A program made the position numbers and the translations under genes. A stretch of 64,000 nucleotides of DNA from Octopus bimaculoides (lineage: Eukaryota), in NCBI RefSeq assembly GCF_001194135.2, contig NC_068986.1, forward strand, positions 91,715,718 to 91,779,717, written 5' to 3'. Each line of letters starts with the position of its first letter. Positions within the stretch are counted from its first letter, which is position 1. Below, piece by piece: positions 12,473 through 25,953 of the stretch. The notes under the pieces were generated by a model. That model was not told the origin of the DNA, made no database searches, and saw nothing but the letters and a program-made list of their open reading frames with translations.

Positions 12473-13175
12473 ATGTCTAACCAAAATATTAATAACACTG
12501 TGAAAAACAATAAACATTTACTAAATGAGCAATCCAGAAATTCCCTTCTGTCTCAGCAGGAAGACACAACCAAAAGTTTAAATGGAAAGATTTCAAATAC
12601 AAAGACAAAACACTATAGGAAATCTAATGAAAAACACACAGAGAAAAGCGATGTTGATAAAGCAGTAGAAACTACAGAAAATAACAAGAGTGACAATGTA
12701 ATAAAAACTACTAAGAATAGCCATGCTAATAAAACTGTAAAATCTACTGAAAATAACCAAGAAGATAAAGTCATAAAAACTACAGAGAACAACCTGGCTG
12801 AAGTAAAAAATGATAACAGTAATAATTTGAAATCAGGAACCACAGAAGAACCAAATGAACAGGAGAAGAAATTACCTTCTGGGACTTTATCATTGAACAT
12901 CTCTGAAATTGATTCCTATAGCAAAGCCAATGAAGAAGAGGATCAAATGGTCCTTGTTTCTGAATCAGACTCTCGCAAACACAGCCTAGAATTGGCAAAG
13001 ACAGAAGATTTGAAAGAGAGTGAACTTTATGATATTGAAAGTGACAGCTCAAATAGTGATGAGGATCAAAACAAAATTCAAGAGAGAACAGCCCTATTTC
13101 AATCCTGTATACCTTATTTGCCCATAGAAGTTGCCTCTGTCTGTCTTGCATGTAATATTCTCATACCAGGATTTG
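12473..13175 (+). CDS. STUM: stum/SPEC3-family protein, coding exon 1 (long N/K/E/S-rich N-terminus plus start of the membrane domain)
   Basis: The 234-codon open frame ends ...[29 protein letters not shown], matching the Stum/SPEC3 motif (human STUM as recalled: [25 protein letters not shown]). Strong donor TTTG|GTAAGT at 13175/13176, phase 1. An in-frame stop at 12452 lies upstream of the ATG. Confidence 0.88.
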
Positions 13176-13350
13176 GTAAGTAGCTTTTTGTTCTTTGTTT
13201 TCCTTCTATTGTTTTTTCTTTAATATTTTCTTCAAAACATACCTGTTTCAAAATGCATGACCTGATCACAAAAGGAAGCATAACTGAGAGCAAAATATTT
13301 ACGATTATAATAATTATTGCAAATGTTTGAATTTCTAAACTTATCCTATC

Positions 13351-13405
<55 letters not shown>

Positions 13406-14296
13406 NNNNNNNNNNNNNNNNNNNNNNNNNNNNNNNNNNNNNNNNNNNNNNNNNNNNNNNNNNNNNNNNNNNNNNNNNNNNNNNNNNNNNNNNNNNNNNN
13501 NNNNNNNNNNNNNNNNNNNNNNNNNNNNNNNNNNNNNNNNNNNNNNNNNNNNNNNNNNNNNNNNNNNNNNNNNNNNNNNNNNNNNNNNNNNNNNNNNNNN
13601 NNNNNNNNNNNNNNNNNNNNNNNNNNNNNNNNNNNNNNNNNNNNNNNNNNNNNNNNNNNNNNNNNNNNNNNNNNNNNNNNNNNNNNNNNNNNNNNNNNNN
13701 NNNNNNNNNNNNNNNNNNNNNNNNNNNNNNNNNNNNNNNNNNNNNNNNNNNNNNNNNNNNNNNNNNNNNNNNNNNNNNNNNNNNNNNNNNNNNNNNNNNN
13801 NNNNNNNNNNNNNNNNNNNNNNNNNNNNNNNNNNNNNNNNNNNNNNNNNNNNNNNNNNNNNNNNNNNNNNNNNNNNATATATATACTGCTGTATCTGAGG
13901 AGAGTCATTCTCTTTTAGTGCCTTATAATTTAACATGCTCAGCAGTATAATTTCCACTTATTTATTTTGTATTTTTCTAAAACATTTGTTGCGTCTTGCA
14001 GCCTTTTCAATAGTTTTGTCTCTGTCCGTTATTCACACTGCGTTCCTTTTCATTTGTTTGTGCACATGTGTGTGGGTTAGTGTACGTATGTCTGTCTGTC
14101 TGTCTGTATGTATGTATGTATGTATGTATGTATGTATCAGGAGTGACTGTGTGGTAAGTAGCTTGCTTACCAACCACATGGTTCCAGGTTCAGTCCCATT
14201 GCGTGACACCTTGGGCAAGTGTCTTCTACTATAGCCTCGGGCTGACCAGAGCCTTGTGAGTGGATTTGGTGGACGGAAACTGAAAGAAGCCCGTCG

Positions 14297-14329
<33 letters not shown>

Positions 14330-14746
14330 ATAGTTTACAGGTATGATCAACAAAAAAATATTTCATCTAGTAAGAGATAAATATCATTTAATATACACAA
14401 TTACAAAAGAGAAACTAATAGTTTTGTATTTTAAGATATATTTAAGATACAAGAAAATGGTCCATGTGCTTCTATTTGCTAAAAGTTTCGGATCCAGCAA
14501 GCACATGGACAGGTTCCTTTTGTTGAACTAGAGGACACCACCCACTTCAGATTGAGTTACTATCTTACAAACCTTGGCCTCCTTTCTGTGATATTATTTT
14601 GTACCAGCTACATTAATTATGGTTTTTACGGTCAAAGAGGACGAAAATCTTGGCTTTCTTACTTTCTTTTAATTTCACTGTTTGCATTTTTTTCTGCTTT
14701 TTCTCATATTTTGTCATAGACCAGTATACTGATTTTTTAAAAATAT

Positions 14747-14799
<53 letters not shown>

Positions 14800-14904
14800 A
14801 TATAGATTTAATCAAAAGATTAAATGTGGTACTTAAAATGTTTGAGGCACCAGAATTTGGTAGGGTAAAAACCAAAAACAAAATCAAGAGATTTGGTGAA
14901 TAAA

Positions 14905-15065
14905 ATTTGAAGAAAAGCAACAAAAATTCAATAGGTTATAGCAGTACGTACGTTTCGTACAAGCTCAATTTATTCATGTAGTGAGAACACTACATGAATA
15001 AATGGAGCTTGTACGAAACGTATGTACTGCTATAACCTATTGAATTTTTGTTGCTTTTCTTCAAA

Positions 15066-15066
<1 letters not shown>
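14905..15066. repeat. fold-back inverted repeat: 79-bp arms, 4-nt loop, 2 mismatches
   Basis: Arms were paired by eye around the loop AGAA at 14984-14987. Confidence 0.95.
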
Positions 15067-15102
<36 letters not shown>

Positions 15103-17059
15103 AATAAATTGAATAGAGAGATACGGTTGACAATCCAAATAATTTTTTTATATTGACATGACTCCAATCACTATCACACATAGATAGGAACAGATAAACA
15201 CGACACTCATAAATCCAACTTCTCTGCTCTTTTTCTAAGTTCCTATTATTATTTTTCTCTGTGTGGTGATTTTGCAAATTGTAAAATGAATTTATATCTA
15301 TGTATGAAACGATTGTATGCATGAATAAACTTCTTACAACGTTTTAACATCTTATCTCCTCCATTTTTGACAAATATGATTAGATTTGTAGAACTTCATT
15401 CCATAAATTAATCATGCACTTAGTATACTATGAATATAATATAAGATAACATAAACAATTATTAAAAAAACAAAAAAGCCAACAATTTGTTTTGACTTAT
15501 ATATATTTTTTGATATATAAACAATTCAATTCCCTTATATAAGCCTCATCAGTGCTAATGGTTTGGAGACAGATGAAATTCTGTGTGAAAGGATGGCTGA
15601 ATTGTGAAAAAAATTAATTCAAATGCCTCTGTATTATGAGCCCGAGCATTAGCCATTCAACTAAATATCAATTACAATAAAAACAAGATTATAATGGACA
15701 GGATAATTAAGTAAGTCAAATCTGCAACTATCAAAATATATTTCTATATATCTCAAATAATATTAAACCAAACTTGTTTATTTTGAAGACAATCTTTTGC
15801 TATTATAATAACTGGATGTATTGCACACCCCTTTTAAGGAATTTTTCCTTAGTTTGTTATNNNNNNNNNNNNNNNNNNNNNNNNNNNNNNNNNNNNNNNN
15901 NNNNNNNNNNNNNNNNNNNNNNNNNNNNNNNNNNNNNNNNNNNNNNNNNNNNNNNNNNNNNNNNNNNNNNNNNNNNNNNNNNNNNNNNNNNNNNNNNNNN
16001 NNNNNNNNNNNNNNNNNNNNNNNNNNNNNNNNNNNNNNNNNNNNNNNNNNNNNNNNNNNNNNNNNNNNNNNNNNNNNNNNNNNNNNNNNNNNNNNNNNNN
16101 NNNNNNNNNNNNNNNNNNNNNNNNNNNNNNNNNNNNNNNNNNNNNNNNNNNNNNNNNNNNNNNNNNNNNNNNNNNNNNNNNNNNNNNNNNNNATAAAAAG
16201 TCAAGAAACTTCGCACAAGTCAAATAATGTTAAGGATGTGAAATATTTATGATAAAATTTTATAATAATAATAATGATGATGATAATAACAACAACAACA
16301 ACAACAACAACAATAATAATAAAAGTAAATATGAATTAATTAAATGTCATCTCATTGATTAATTATACATATCAGTACAGTTGATCTTTATCAATGAATG
16401 TAAATTTATTGATCTATTGCTGTTCAGAAGTTCCATCAGTACACTGGAATAAAGGAAAAATTTTAATCTAGTTGTCACTTACTATCACATGCATCTGTAT
16501 ATTGATTGAAAAATATTTTCCTGTAACTGGGGAAGCAAATTTGTTTTGTATGTAGTGTTATTCATTTTTCTTAGTGTCGTTCCAGTTTGTCCTATATAAT
16601 TCTCTTCACTTCCTGAACACATTTTATATTAAATTAGGTCTAAACACACAGGTAAAATTATTTGTTAATTTGAAGCATTGTCTTTGTTTAAAATGGAATT
16701 CTGATCCTTCAGACAAGTTCAAACATATCCTACAGTTAGATCAGACACATTTTTTAACTGTTGTTTCTGTTCTTGTTGAATATACTTTAGCATCTGTTAA
16801 TACTCTCTTTAATGAATGTGGTTGTCAGTTATGTTTTATGCTAGGAAAAATTGATTTAGCCAGGTAGCCTTCTTTTAGCATCAGTACATTTTGAAAAATA
16901 ATATTATGGGTCCATCCATGACTGCATGATAAGATGTTTGCTTCTTGATCACATGATTTTAGGTTCAGTTCCATAAGGGCAAGTGTCTTCTATTATAACC
17001 TATAACTACTTTAACCTTGGACTGACCAAAGCTTTGTGGGTGGATTGGTGGACAGACAG

Positions 17060-17108
<49 letters not shown>

Positions 17109-17139
17109 TGCATGCACGCGCACACACACACACACACAG

Positions 17140-17325
17140 AAAGATGGCTGCTTATGAATACCAAAACTTTCTCAGGTGAAGAATGCACCCCAGAACATAA
17201 GTTAGTTGTTAGTGACTTCAGGATCAAGGCTAAATGACTGTCCAGAAGATGATCAGTATGGAAAAGAAGGATCTGGGAGCTTAAAGATCCTCTGAATGGA
17301 CAGAGATTTAGAGACATATTACTTT
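17140..17325 (+). mobile_element. RTE-clade LINE fragment, end of the AP endonuclease domain
   Basis: LLMNTKTFSGEECTPEHKLVVSDFRIKAK*...RRIWELKD resembles the RTE PGEECxxQHRLVVxD...WKLK motif. Confidence 0.7.
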
Positions 17326-18781
17326 AAGCTTTTGTTATATGCCACCATCTGCTAAAGAAGGTAGATAATGTTGATTGAGGAACGTATTTTAAGTTCTCAA
17401 AGTCATATATTACAAGAATTTATAGCCATCACAAATGTAAATGTTCTTTAGGCTATATTAAATGGAATATTTGTTGTAGCATCTTTCAGGTGATAGATTG
17501 TAGAGTAGAAAATATAAGTTTGTCATATATGTCTGTCTCATTTTGATTATTGACTTTCATTGTTAAAATATCTAAAGATAGTATTCCATTGTACATTGAA
17601 TATTACTATTTATTCTATTAAGTAATGTTTTAAATTTATTTTATTTCCATATGTTTTTGTTCTATTGAATAAAGCAATTATTAAGAAATATTTTCTAGTT
17701 CTCTTTTATGTATTGAAAGAAATAGTTCTTGTATTTTCATAGTGATTCTTAATACATTGTAATTCATCATTATACCAAAATTAAATTTGCATAGATTGGG
17801 ACTAATTTTGTCTCCATTGCAGTTCTGAACTTTTGTCAGTAATAGTTAACATCAAACTTGAAATAGTTATCTGTGTATCATACTTAATGTACTCATGTAA
17901 CTGGAAGGCATGGTGCTATGGTTTTAGTCTGAGAGAAAATTTCTTCATTGCCATGTTTTGTTAAAAATCACAATATATATAGAAGCCAGGCAAACATCAT
18001 CCCAGCAATGACTCTCAAGAACATCAGAAGTATTTCAGCTTTCTTGGATCTTGTCAACAAAGTATATCTGCCTGTTTCGGGCCTAAACAAAATTTGTCCT
18101 TTTGACAAATTATCAGACTGAAGTTAACTCAGAGTGCATAATTGAAACAGTCTTAATTTAAAATAGCTGTCTATGTATCATATTTAATGTACATTCACCG
18201 CTGATGCTGGGTTTTGTTAGAGAAGATCTTGTCATAGACATGCCATGTTAAATTGTTATCTTATACAATAGGCTTTAATCCTTCAATTATTAATTCATTT
18301 TGTATGCATTCTGGTAATTCATCAGCAAAATCTCCAACAAGAATTTGTGCTTATATTCCATAGTTATAGAATATTTGTATATAAATTCACATTATCAAAA
18401 AATACAATAAGTGTTTTTCCATTGACTGTTTTTCGAAGGTGATTTAATGACATGATCATCTCTTATAAAAGTTTTAATGTGCTTAAGAAATAGTTTCAGT
18501 AAGATGTTAACAAAATTACTCGAATGTTGAGTAATTTTATTTGTTGGGCCAACTACTATTGGTCTTAAAGCATTTGATGTTATAATATATATATATATGA
18601 ATATATATATCATCATCATCATCATCATCATCGTTTAACGTCCGCTTTCTATGCTAGCATGGGTTGGACGATTTGACTGAGGACTGGTGCAACCGGATGG
18701 CTACACCAGGCTCCAATCTAATTTGGCAGAGTTTCTACAGCTGGATGCCCTTCCTAACGCCGACCACTCAGAGAGTGTAGA

Positions 18782-18874
<93 letters not shown>

Positions 18875-18875
18875 G

Positions 18876-18909
<34 letters not shown>

Positions 18910-19997
18910 TGTATTTCAGCAACAATTGTGTAATTACCATGGATGACTCCAGGTAACTATAGACAGTGAATGTGCTTTATCAGCGTACCACTAGGAACAT
19001 ACCCAACGCTTAAATTTTAATTGATATATATACTTGTGAATTCTTTGTAAACTTCACTTGTTATCTTGCTTCTGAGAATTTTTGGTAAGCCATAAAAAGG
19101 ACTAATTTAAAATTAATTGCAACATACTAGAATGACCTACCTATAATAACACAATTCCAGACTTTTGGGTACTTCCATTTTTTTATATTGTTTAAGAGGA
19201 ATGTTTCTCAAAATTGATTGGTACTTGTTTAATAGCGTCTTTATTGACCCTGAAAATATGAAGGGCAAAGCTAACTAGTCCAGGATTTGAACCCTTAACA
19301 TAGAACATAAGAACAAATACTGTTATGCATTTTATCCAACACTCTATTGATCTCCTTACATACAATACTACACAGGTTCAAATGCACACACAATCACATA
19401 CACACACACATGCACATGTGAACATATTTACATACAAAAAATATACAAAAATATAGAAACACAGATATAGACACACAGACATTCACATGCACTAACCTGC
19501 ACATATTTGCATATGCACACACATCTGAACATATAAACATATATATAAATATTTGGAAACACATACAGACATGCATATACATAAACCTGCACACACATTC
19601 ACACTCACACACATACACATACATACTGGCATACACATTTATAAAACCTGAGCAACAACACCACACCGATTTCTATAGCTACAGATAAAAAATGATCACA
19701 AAAATGTACAAAAACATACATATGCATGCAAAAACGACCCCCACACACCCATACATAGTAACTTACTCCACCACCTTTCCACTCCTCTAAAGGAAACGTA
19801 GTTACAACACCAACATCAAAGCAACAGGCAACGTGATGCAACACAGAAACTAGCATAACCAGTATCATTCAAGAAATTTAATCAGACGTTAAATTAATAG
19901 ACAATAATTATATAATAATAGTAACACCACCAACAACAGCAACAGCAACTATAATAATAATATAAAAAAAAAAAAATAATAATAATGATAATGATAA

Positions 19998-20811
19998 GGT
20001 TTCATATTAGCTGCTCAAGACCAAAGCTTATTAACCCGGAACTACCAAGCCAATGTGATAAAAAATGGAGCTGACCCAAAATGCCGATTCTATAATGATG
20101 AGATTGAAACTATAGACCACCTAATCTCAGGGTGTAGAGTCTTAGCACCTGTAGAATATAAAGCAAGACATGACAGAGTCAGCCAGTATTTACACTGGAC
20201 AATATGTCGGCATTATTAAATCAAAACTGCTGACAAATGGTATAAACACCATCCTGAAGCTGTGACTGAGGGAGAAAATGTGTTGATTCTCTGGAACTTC
20301 CCCGTTCATACCGACAAAACTATGAAGGCTAATAAACCGGATATTATTATAAAAGATCAGACAAAAAAGATGACATGAGTATTCCTTGCAATCACAATAT
20401 TGCGGCGAAAGAATTTGATAAGATCAGTAAATATAAAAACTTGGTAATAGAAATTGAAAAAAATGTGGCATCTCAAGGTGACTACCATACCAGTGATAGT
20501 AGGATCTCTAGGAATGATTAAAAAAAGGTACTGAAACCTATTTGAAAATGATACCAGGCTTACCATCCCTACAGGAAGTGCAAAAAATTGTGTTAACTGG
20601 AATGACTCATGTACTGAGAAGAGCATTATCGCTGTGAAAACAACATCCATTCCTGAATTTATTTATTTATTAATTTTTTTTACATGCATATTTTACTTGT
20701 GAATTTCCGTGTGTAAACTGGGAATGCATACAATGAGCTTCTCTGCCTTAGGTGTGCAGAAAACACTCGGCGAGAAATGGAAGAAAACTCAAAGTAAGAA
20801 GAAGAAAAAAC
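19998..20811 (+). mobile_element. R4/Dong-like RLE retrotransposon, 5'-truncated copy
   Basis: FILAAQDQSL...PKCRFYNDEIETIDHLISGCRVLA (CCHC relic), ANKPDIII, KEFDKISKYKNL, IPVIVGSLG...VLRRALSL-stop, then a 3' UTR. (AAT)n lies on both sides. Confidence 0.88.
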
Positions 20812-20840
20812 ATAATAATAATAATAACAACAACAACAAC

Positions 20841-20917
<77 letters not shown>

Positions 20918-20918
<1 letters not shown>

Positions 20919-22338
20919 TGTTTGGGAAATCAAAAAAACATAGATTTCTTAACCAAAGCAGTCCAGAAGTGTGGTAGGGACATTGGTATGGAATTTGGAA
21001 TTACCAAATGTTCAGTACAAGAGGGAAGAAAACATCCTAGGAGAGACCATGGGTGAACCTGACGGTAGTGGGTATAGATATTTAGGGATTTTTGAGCTGG
21101 ATGACATTCTACACAGAAAAATGAAAGTCATGGTCAGTGAGATGTATCAAAAAAGGGTGAAGATGGTGCTGAAATCCAACCTGAATGCCAAAAATGTGAT
21201 TGCCACAATGAATATCTGGGTAGTTGCGGTGATCAGATATAGTGCGTCCATCCTCAAATGGACTGAGGAGGAAATATCAATACTGGATAGAAAGACAAGA
21301 AAGTTGATGATGCTGCATGGAGTGCTACACCCTAAAGCAAACGTAAACAGACTGTATATGAAAAGAAAGAATGGTGGCAGAGGAATAATTAGTATAGACC
21401 ATTGTATAAGGAGTGAAAGGAGAACACTTGCTGAGTATTTGATAAATAGTGATGAAGACCTACTGCAATATGCCGCGAAAGATATGGATGTAAATGCAGA
21501 TGAAATGGTGGGCAAGGATGAGAATGCATGGAAAGTTTGAAAGGAATACACAGGACGTAAAGAATAATACAGCATCATGGGCATGGCTTAAGCGAGGTGA
21601 TTTGAAGTGTACCACCGAAAGCCTGATCATTGCTGCACAAGACCAGGCTCTTGCTACCAATTCAGTGAAGTATAACATCTATAAAACTTCTGATACCCAG
21701 AAATGCAGACTCTGTGGAAAGAGTGTGAAAAATGTGACTCACTTGGTAAGTGGATGTGAGAGTCTTGCACAAAAAAGAATACAAGCACCACCACGATAAA
21801 GTGTGTGTATCTTCACTGGCTTTTATGCCGTAAATACCAATATGAAGTAACAGAGAACTGGTATGAGCATGTGCCAAGTAAAGTTATGCAGGAGGATGGA
21901 AAAGTAGAGATACTCTGGGACTACGATTTTCAGTCAGATCATGTAATTGAACACTGTCGGCCAGATATTGTCATATTGAGTAAGAGAGAAAAATTCCTGT
22001 CAGGTCATTGATGCAGCCATACTAAATAGAATGAATGTTGTGAGTAAAGAGATTGAAAAAATCACCAAGTACTCCGAATTGAAAGTGGAAATGGCAAGAC
22101 TGTATGGAATGCGAGAGGGTAATGTAAAAGTGATACCAGTGGTGATCGGAGCATTGAGCTGAATCTGATTGAAACTTCAAGACTTCGTAAGGCAACTGGA
22201 AATCCCATGCAACATTGATGTCTTGCAAAAAGCAGCCTTATTGGGCACAGCGCACATCTGTCTGAGGTCATTGTTGTGACTTGGCAGATGAGTAAAGACA
22301 GACTCCGGTGCATTTTTACCTACACTGTGTTATGAAGG
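20918..22338 (+). mobile_element. R4/Dong-like RLE retrotransposon, 5'-truncated (RT C-terminus, thumb, zinc knuckle, RLE)
   Basis: DIGMEFGITKC, YRYLGIFELD, RLYMKRKNGGRG, LIIAAQDQAL, KCRLCGKSVKNVTHLVSGC and HCRPDIVIL, with several frameshifts. Flanked by (AAT)n at 20812-20917 and 22339-22370. Confidence 0.92.
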
Positions 22339-22559
22339 AATAATAATAATAATGATAATAATAATAAAAATAATCAGGTGATGATGATGATGATTTTTTC
22401 CTGCCTCAGGAACAACGAATTTAGGAAACATTACAAGGATAAAGTTACCAAATCGATGATATTGGTGAGGGGAGGGGGTAAGGTATCATGTGATATATAC
22501 TTGGTACATATCATGTAATAACATGATTGACCAGGTTCATGGATGTTGTTACACATTGT

Positions 22560-22812
22560 TGTTCACAATGTGCTTTGCATCGTTTTCATTTTCAAATGAT
22601 GTCACCCTACTGGCTTGGTGAAGAGGCCAACATTGTCCCTGATTGGAAAAGTAGTCCTTTACAGGGTTACCAATTTACAGCTGAGTGGATTGGAGAAATG
22701 TGAAATGAAGTGTTTTGCTCAAGAACACAATGTGTCACTTGTTCCAGGAATTGAACCAATGATCTTGTGATCATGAATACAACACTCTAACCACTAAGCC
22801 ACACATCTTCAC
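22560..22812 (-). mobile_element. tRNA-derived SINE with a V/Meta/CORE-like core
   Basis: The + strand shows TTTACAGCTGAGTGGA...AAGTGTTTTGCTCAAGAACACAA...CCAGGAATTGAACC...CTAACCACTAAGCCA, which is the reverse complement of a tRNA head plus core. Confidence 0.65.
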
Positions 22813-22878
22813 AAATGTGTGTGTGTGTGTGTGTGTGTGAATCTATCTACACACACACACACACGCACACAGACACAC

Positions 22879-22942
<64 letters not shown>

Positions 22943-23342
22943 NNNNNNNNNNNNNNNNNNNNNNNNNNNNNNNNNNNNNNNNNNNNNNNNNNNNNNNNNN
23001 NNNNNNNNNNNNNNNNNNNNNNNNNNNNNNNNNNNNNNNNNNNNNNNNNNNNNNNNNNNNNNNNNNNNNNNNNNNNNNNNNNNNNNNNNNNNNNNNNNNN
23101 NNNNNNNNNNNNNNNNNNNNNNNNNNNNNNNNNNNNNNNNNNNNNNNNNNNNNNNNNNNNNNNNNNNNNNNNNNNNNNNNNNNNNNNNNNNNNNNNNNNN
23201 NNNNNNNNNNNNNNNNNNNNNNNNNNNNNNNNNNNNNNNNNNNNNNNNNNNNNNNNNNNNNNNNNNNNNNNNNNNNNNNNNNNNNNNNNNNNNNNNNNNN
23301 NNNNNNNNNNNNNNNNNNNNNNNNNNNNNNNNNNNNNNNNNN

Positions 23343-23407
23343 AACATTTTTCCTTGTTGGATGGTTCTGGAGTATTGCCTGGGGAATGAAGATTCTGTTC
23401 TTATCAA
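23343..23407 (+). CDS. STUM: stum/SPEC3-family coding exon 2, visible 3' part only (its start lies in the 22943-23342 N-gap)
   Basis: Reads TFFLVGWFWSIAWGMKILFLS, matching the last Stum hairpin helix (human [22 protein letters not shown]). Donor TCAA|GTAAGT at 23407/23408, phase 1. Confidence 0.88.
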
Positions 23408-24449
23408 GTAAGTAACTCTACCAGTGGATGAATCAAATTTGATTTTCTTTCTCATTCTTTGATTCTATATTTCTCTTAAAGAGTTAAGAAGGGAGCCACT
23501 ATATCAAAGATAGGGAATTGCTCTATCACCAGAGGTGGATTGCAAGTGAAAAAGAAGCTGTGAGGGTGCAAATTAAAGATATATTAAAAATAATAACTTA
23601 TGGGTATGTAAACACACTAAAACCAGTTGTCAAGTGGTGGTGGGGGACAAACATAAACACACACACACACACACACACATGTACATATATATGTGACAGG
23701 CTTCTTTCAGTTTCCATCTACCAAATCCACCCACATGGCTTTGGTCAGTTCAAGGCTATAATAGAAGACACTCACTCAAGGTGCCACAAAGTGGGACTGA
23801 ACCTGGAACCATGTAGTTAGGAAGCAAGCTTCTTCTGGCCTTTTCTATATGCATTCTATATTTGGTAATTTACTCTGAATTTCAAACTGAATCATTTATT
23901 AAATCCACAGAAGTAAGATTGTTCACATTCAGTTATCCAACAATCTACATCCACAGAATTAATAAAAGATTACACTAAAAATTCTAAGAATTTTACTAGA
24001 TACAACTAGCACTTAAAGAAGGCTGGAATACAAAATGACCAAAATCTTATGACTATAACAACCAAAATGAGGATGCTAGTTTGAAAATATCAGTATATAA
24101 AATTTCAGTGGTGAGCAGCTAATATTAACTCTTTTACTGCAGAAAGCAGATATATCAACTCAGAATTTCATTACCCTTAACCACAGAAAGCAGTTTTATA
24201 TTTCAGTCCATTTTTTGTTGAAGAATATCATGTTTGAAACAATGTTCTATTGAGATATGTCAAGGTTATTGAGGCAATGTGACTTGTAGAAAATACCAAT
24301 TCTACTTTTCTGGTAGATGTTCAAAATAATTATCAGAATAGCCAATGAAATATAATTTTGCAGTTAAAGAATTAAATTACTGCTTTGATCTTAAACCTCT
24401 ATGTGATTTTCCAATCTGCTAGAAATAGCAACCAAATTTCCCTCAGATT

Positions 24450-25450
24450 ACACCTTATTTTATTAACAAGAGAAGACATAGCATTTTTTATAATTGACCA
24501 GAGAGTTGTGTATTCCACTCCATTCTGTTTTAGCCTCCAGATGAGGTTTGACAGAGATGTTGAGTGTCTTTTGTTTATATTGGAAAACAATGAGAGATGG
24601 TTTCTCAGATGATTTTTCATGGTGTCTGCGTACTACCAATGCACACACATTTCTGCATATTTGCCTTGACCTCGCATTTGTACACTACATTCCGTATCAT
24701 GCAGTTGTTGCCAAATCTGCATTCATCTTTACATCTACAGTTACACATGATACTATTTTTATCCTTTTTTTCCCATAGAGTTACTATTGGTGGGACTCTT
24801 TCTTCTTCCTTTTGTAATCATGCACTCATTTTCTTCATGTATGTATTACACTTCTAATTGTGTGGTGCTGCTTGGGTTTGTTTTTGCTATTGATGAGTTT
24901 TTACTAGCACTATTTTCTGCCATTCTATCATTGTATATAGTTCCTATAGATGTGGTTGGTTTATATATTTCGTCTGGTTTTATTCTATATAGTTTTGTGT
25001 TATTTAGTTTGTGTATGCAGTCCTCTAGATTGTGGGAAGTTGCGTATGCTAGTTTTACATCGTGTCCGTTTATGATTTTGTGATATTTGGAAGATTTGGG
25101 GAATTGTCTATCTATTGCTGTGAAGAATTTCTGGCCTATTTTGAATTTTACTTGTGAATTTGAAGATCAGATTAAATCAGATTATTTCATTGGTTATCTT
25201 TCCATTTCTTTTAATATATCTACTAGCTCTGTTCATCTGTTTCATTGGTTTGTTGTCATTATTACTATCTGTATTTCATGGTGTGATTTTTTTAAAACTC
25301 TGGCTCTATTATCATGGGTTCTGTTTTATATCTATCTCTATGACTATCATGGTTTGTTCTTTCCCTTTTGGTCCCTATTACATTTGCTATTTTTCAAGGT
25401 TCTTGTATTCTGCGGCTATTATATAATTACTGGCCCTATTGATAGTGGCT
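24450..25450 (-). mobile_element. Penelope-like retroelement fragment (RT C-terminal linker plus GIY-YIG endonuclease), decayed
   Basis: Minus frames give KFKIGQKFFTAIDRQFPKSSKYHKIINGHDVKLAYA, CNCRCKDECRFGNNCMIRNVVYKCEV...CIGSTQT and NHLSLFSNINKRHSTSLSNLIWRLKQNGVEYTTLWSII, all typical of PLE GIY-YIG domains. Confidence 0.88.
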
Positions 25451-25607
25451 CCAAGTATTATTGTTATTATTATATTTATCCCACATTATATTGGTTTGAC
25501 TGTGATGCAACCCCAAAATCTGACCCACCAGTCAGTATCATTAAACGGTAGCCAGCATAATGAAATAGGAGCTTTATTTGCATACCCCTAATGTTATTTC
25601 AATGAAT

Positions 25608-25650
<43 letters not shown>

Positions 25651-25908
25651 TGCTCGAAATATGGAGTGGAAAAACAGCTGACAACTGATGAAGGGTCGTC
25701 TTTTTACATTGCTTGTCTTGTTTTCCATTTGTTTCGTTTGTTGTTTGCATAAAAAGTTCATATTCCATATTTTTTATTTCGTATTTCATGTTGTTTACGT
25801 TCTGTAATGTCCTGTGTCCCTATATGCATATGTATATACATATATAAGTATGTACATATATGTATGTATATATGAATATATATATATATTATTTATATTA
25901 TATTATAT

Positions 25909-25953
<45 letters not shown>

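Noticed and set aside
13176-13183. ORF-track ending of the 236-aa protein at GFGK-stop (similarly FLSSK-stop at 23415 and YVCFISCF-stop at 50365)
   Set aside because: These are read-through into introns past canonical GT donors; the conserved domains continue in later exons.
14590-14660. GAGGACGAAA resembling a hammerhead core strand
   Set aside because: There is no matching CUGANGA or stem II nearby.
24787-25551. Hydrophobic + strand ORFs resembling membrane proteins
   Set aside because: They are antisense shadows of the A-rich Penelope fragment on the minus strand.
25650-25700. CGAAA...CTGATGA pair next to the Penelope fragment as a hammerhead
   Set aside because: There is no UH triplet after stem III and the stems do not pair convincingly. 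It is probably a PLE terminal repeat, but not a supportable ribozyme.
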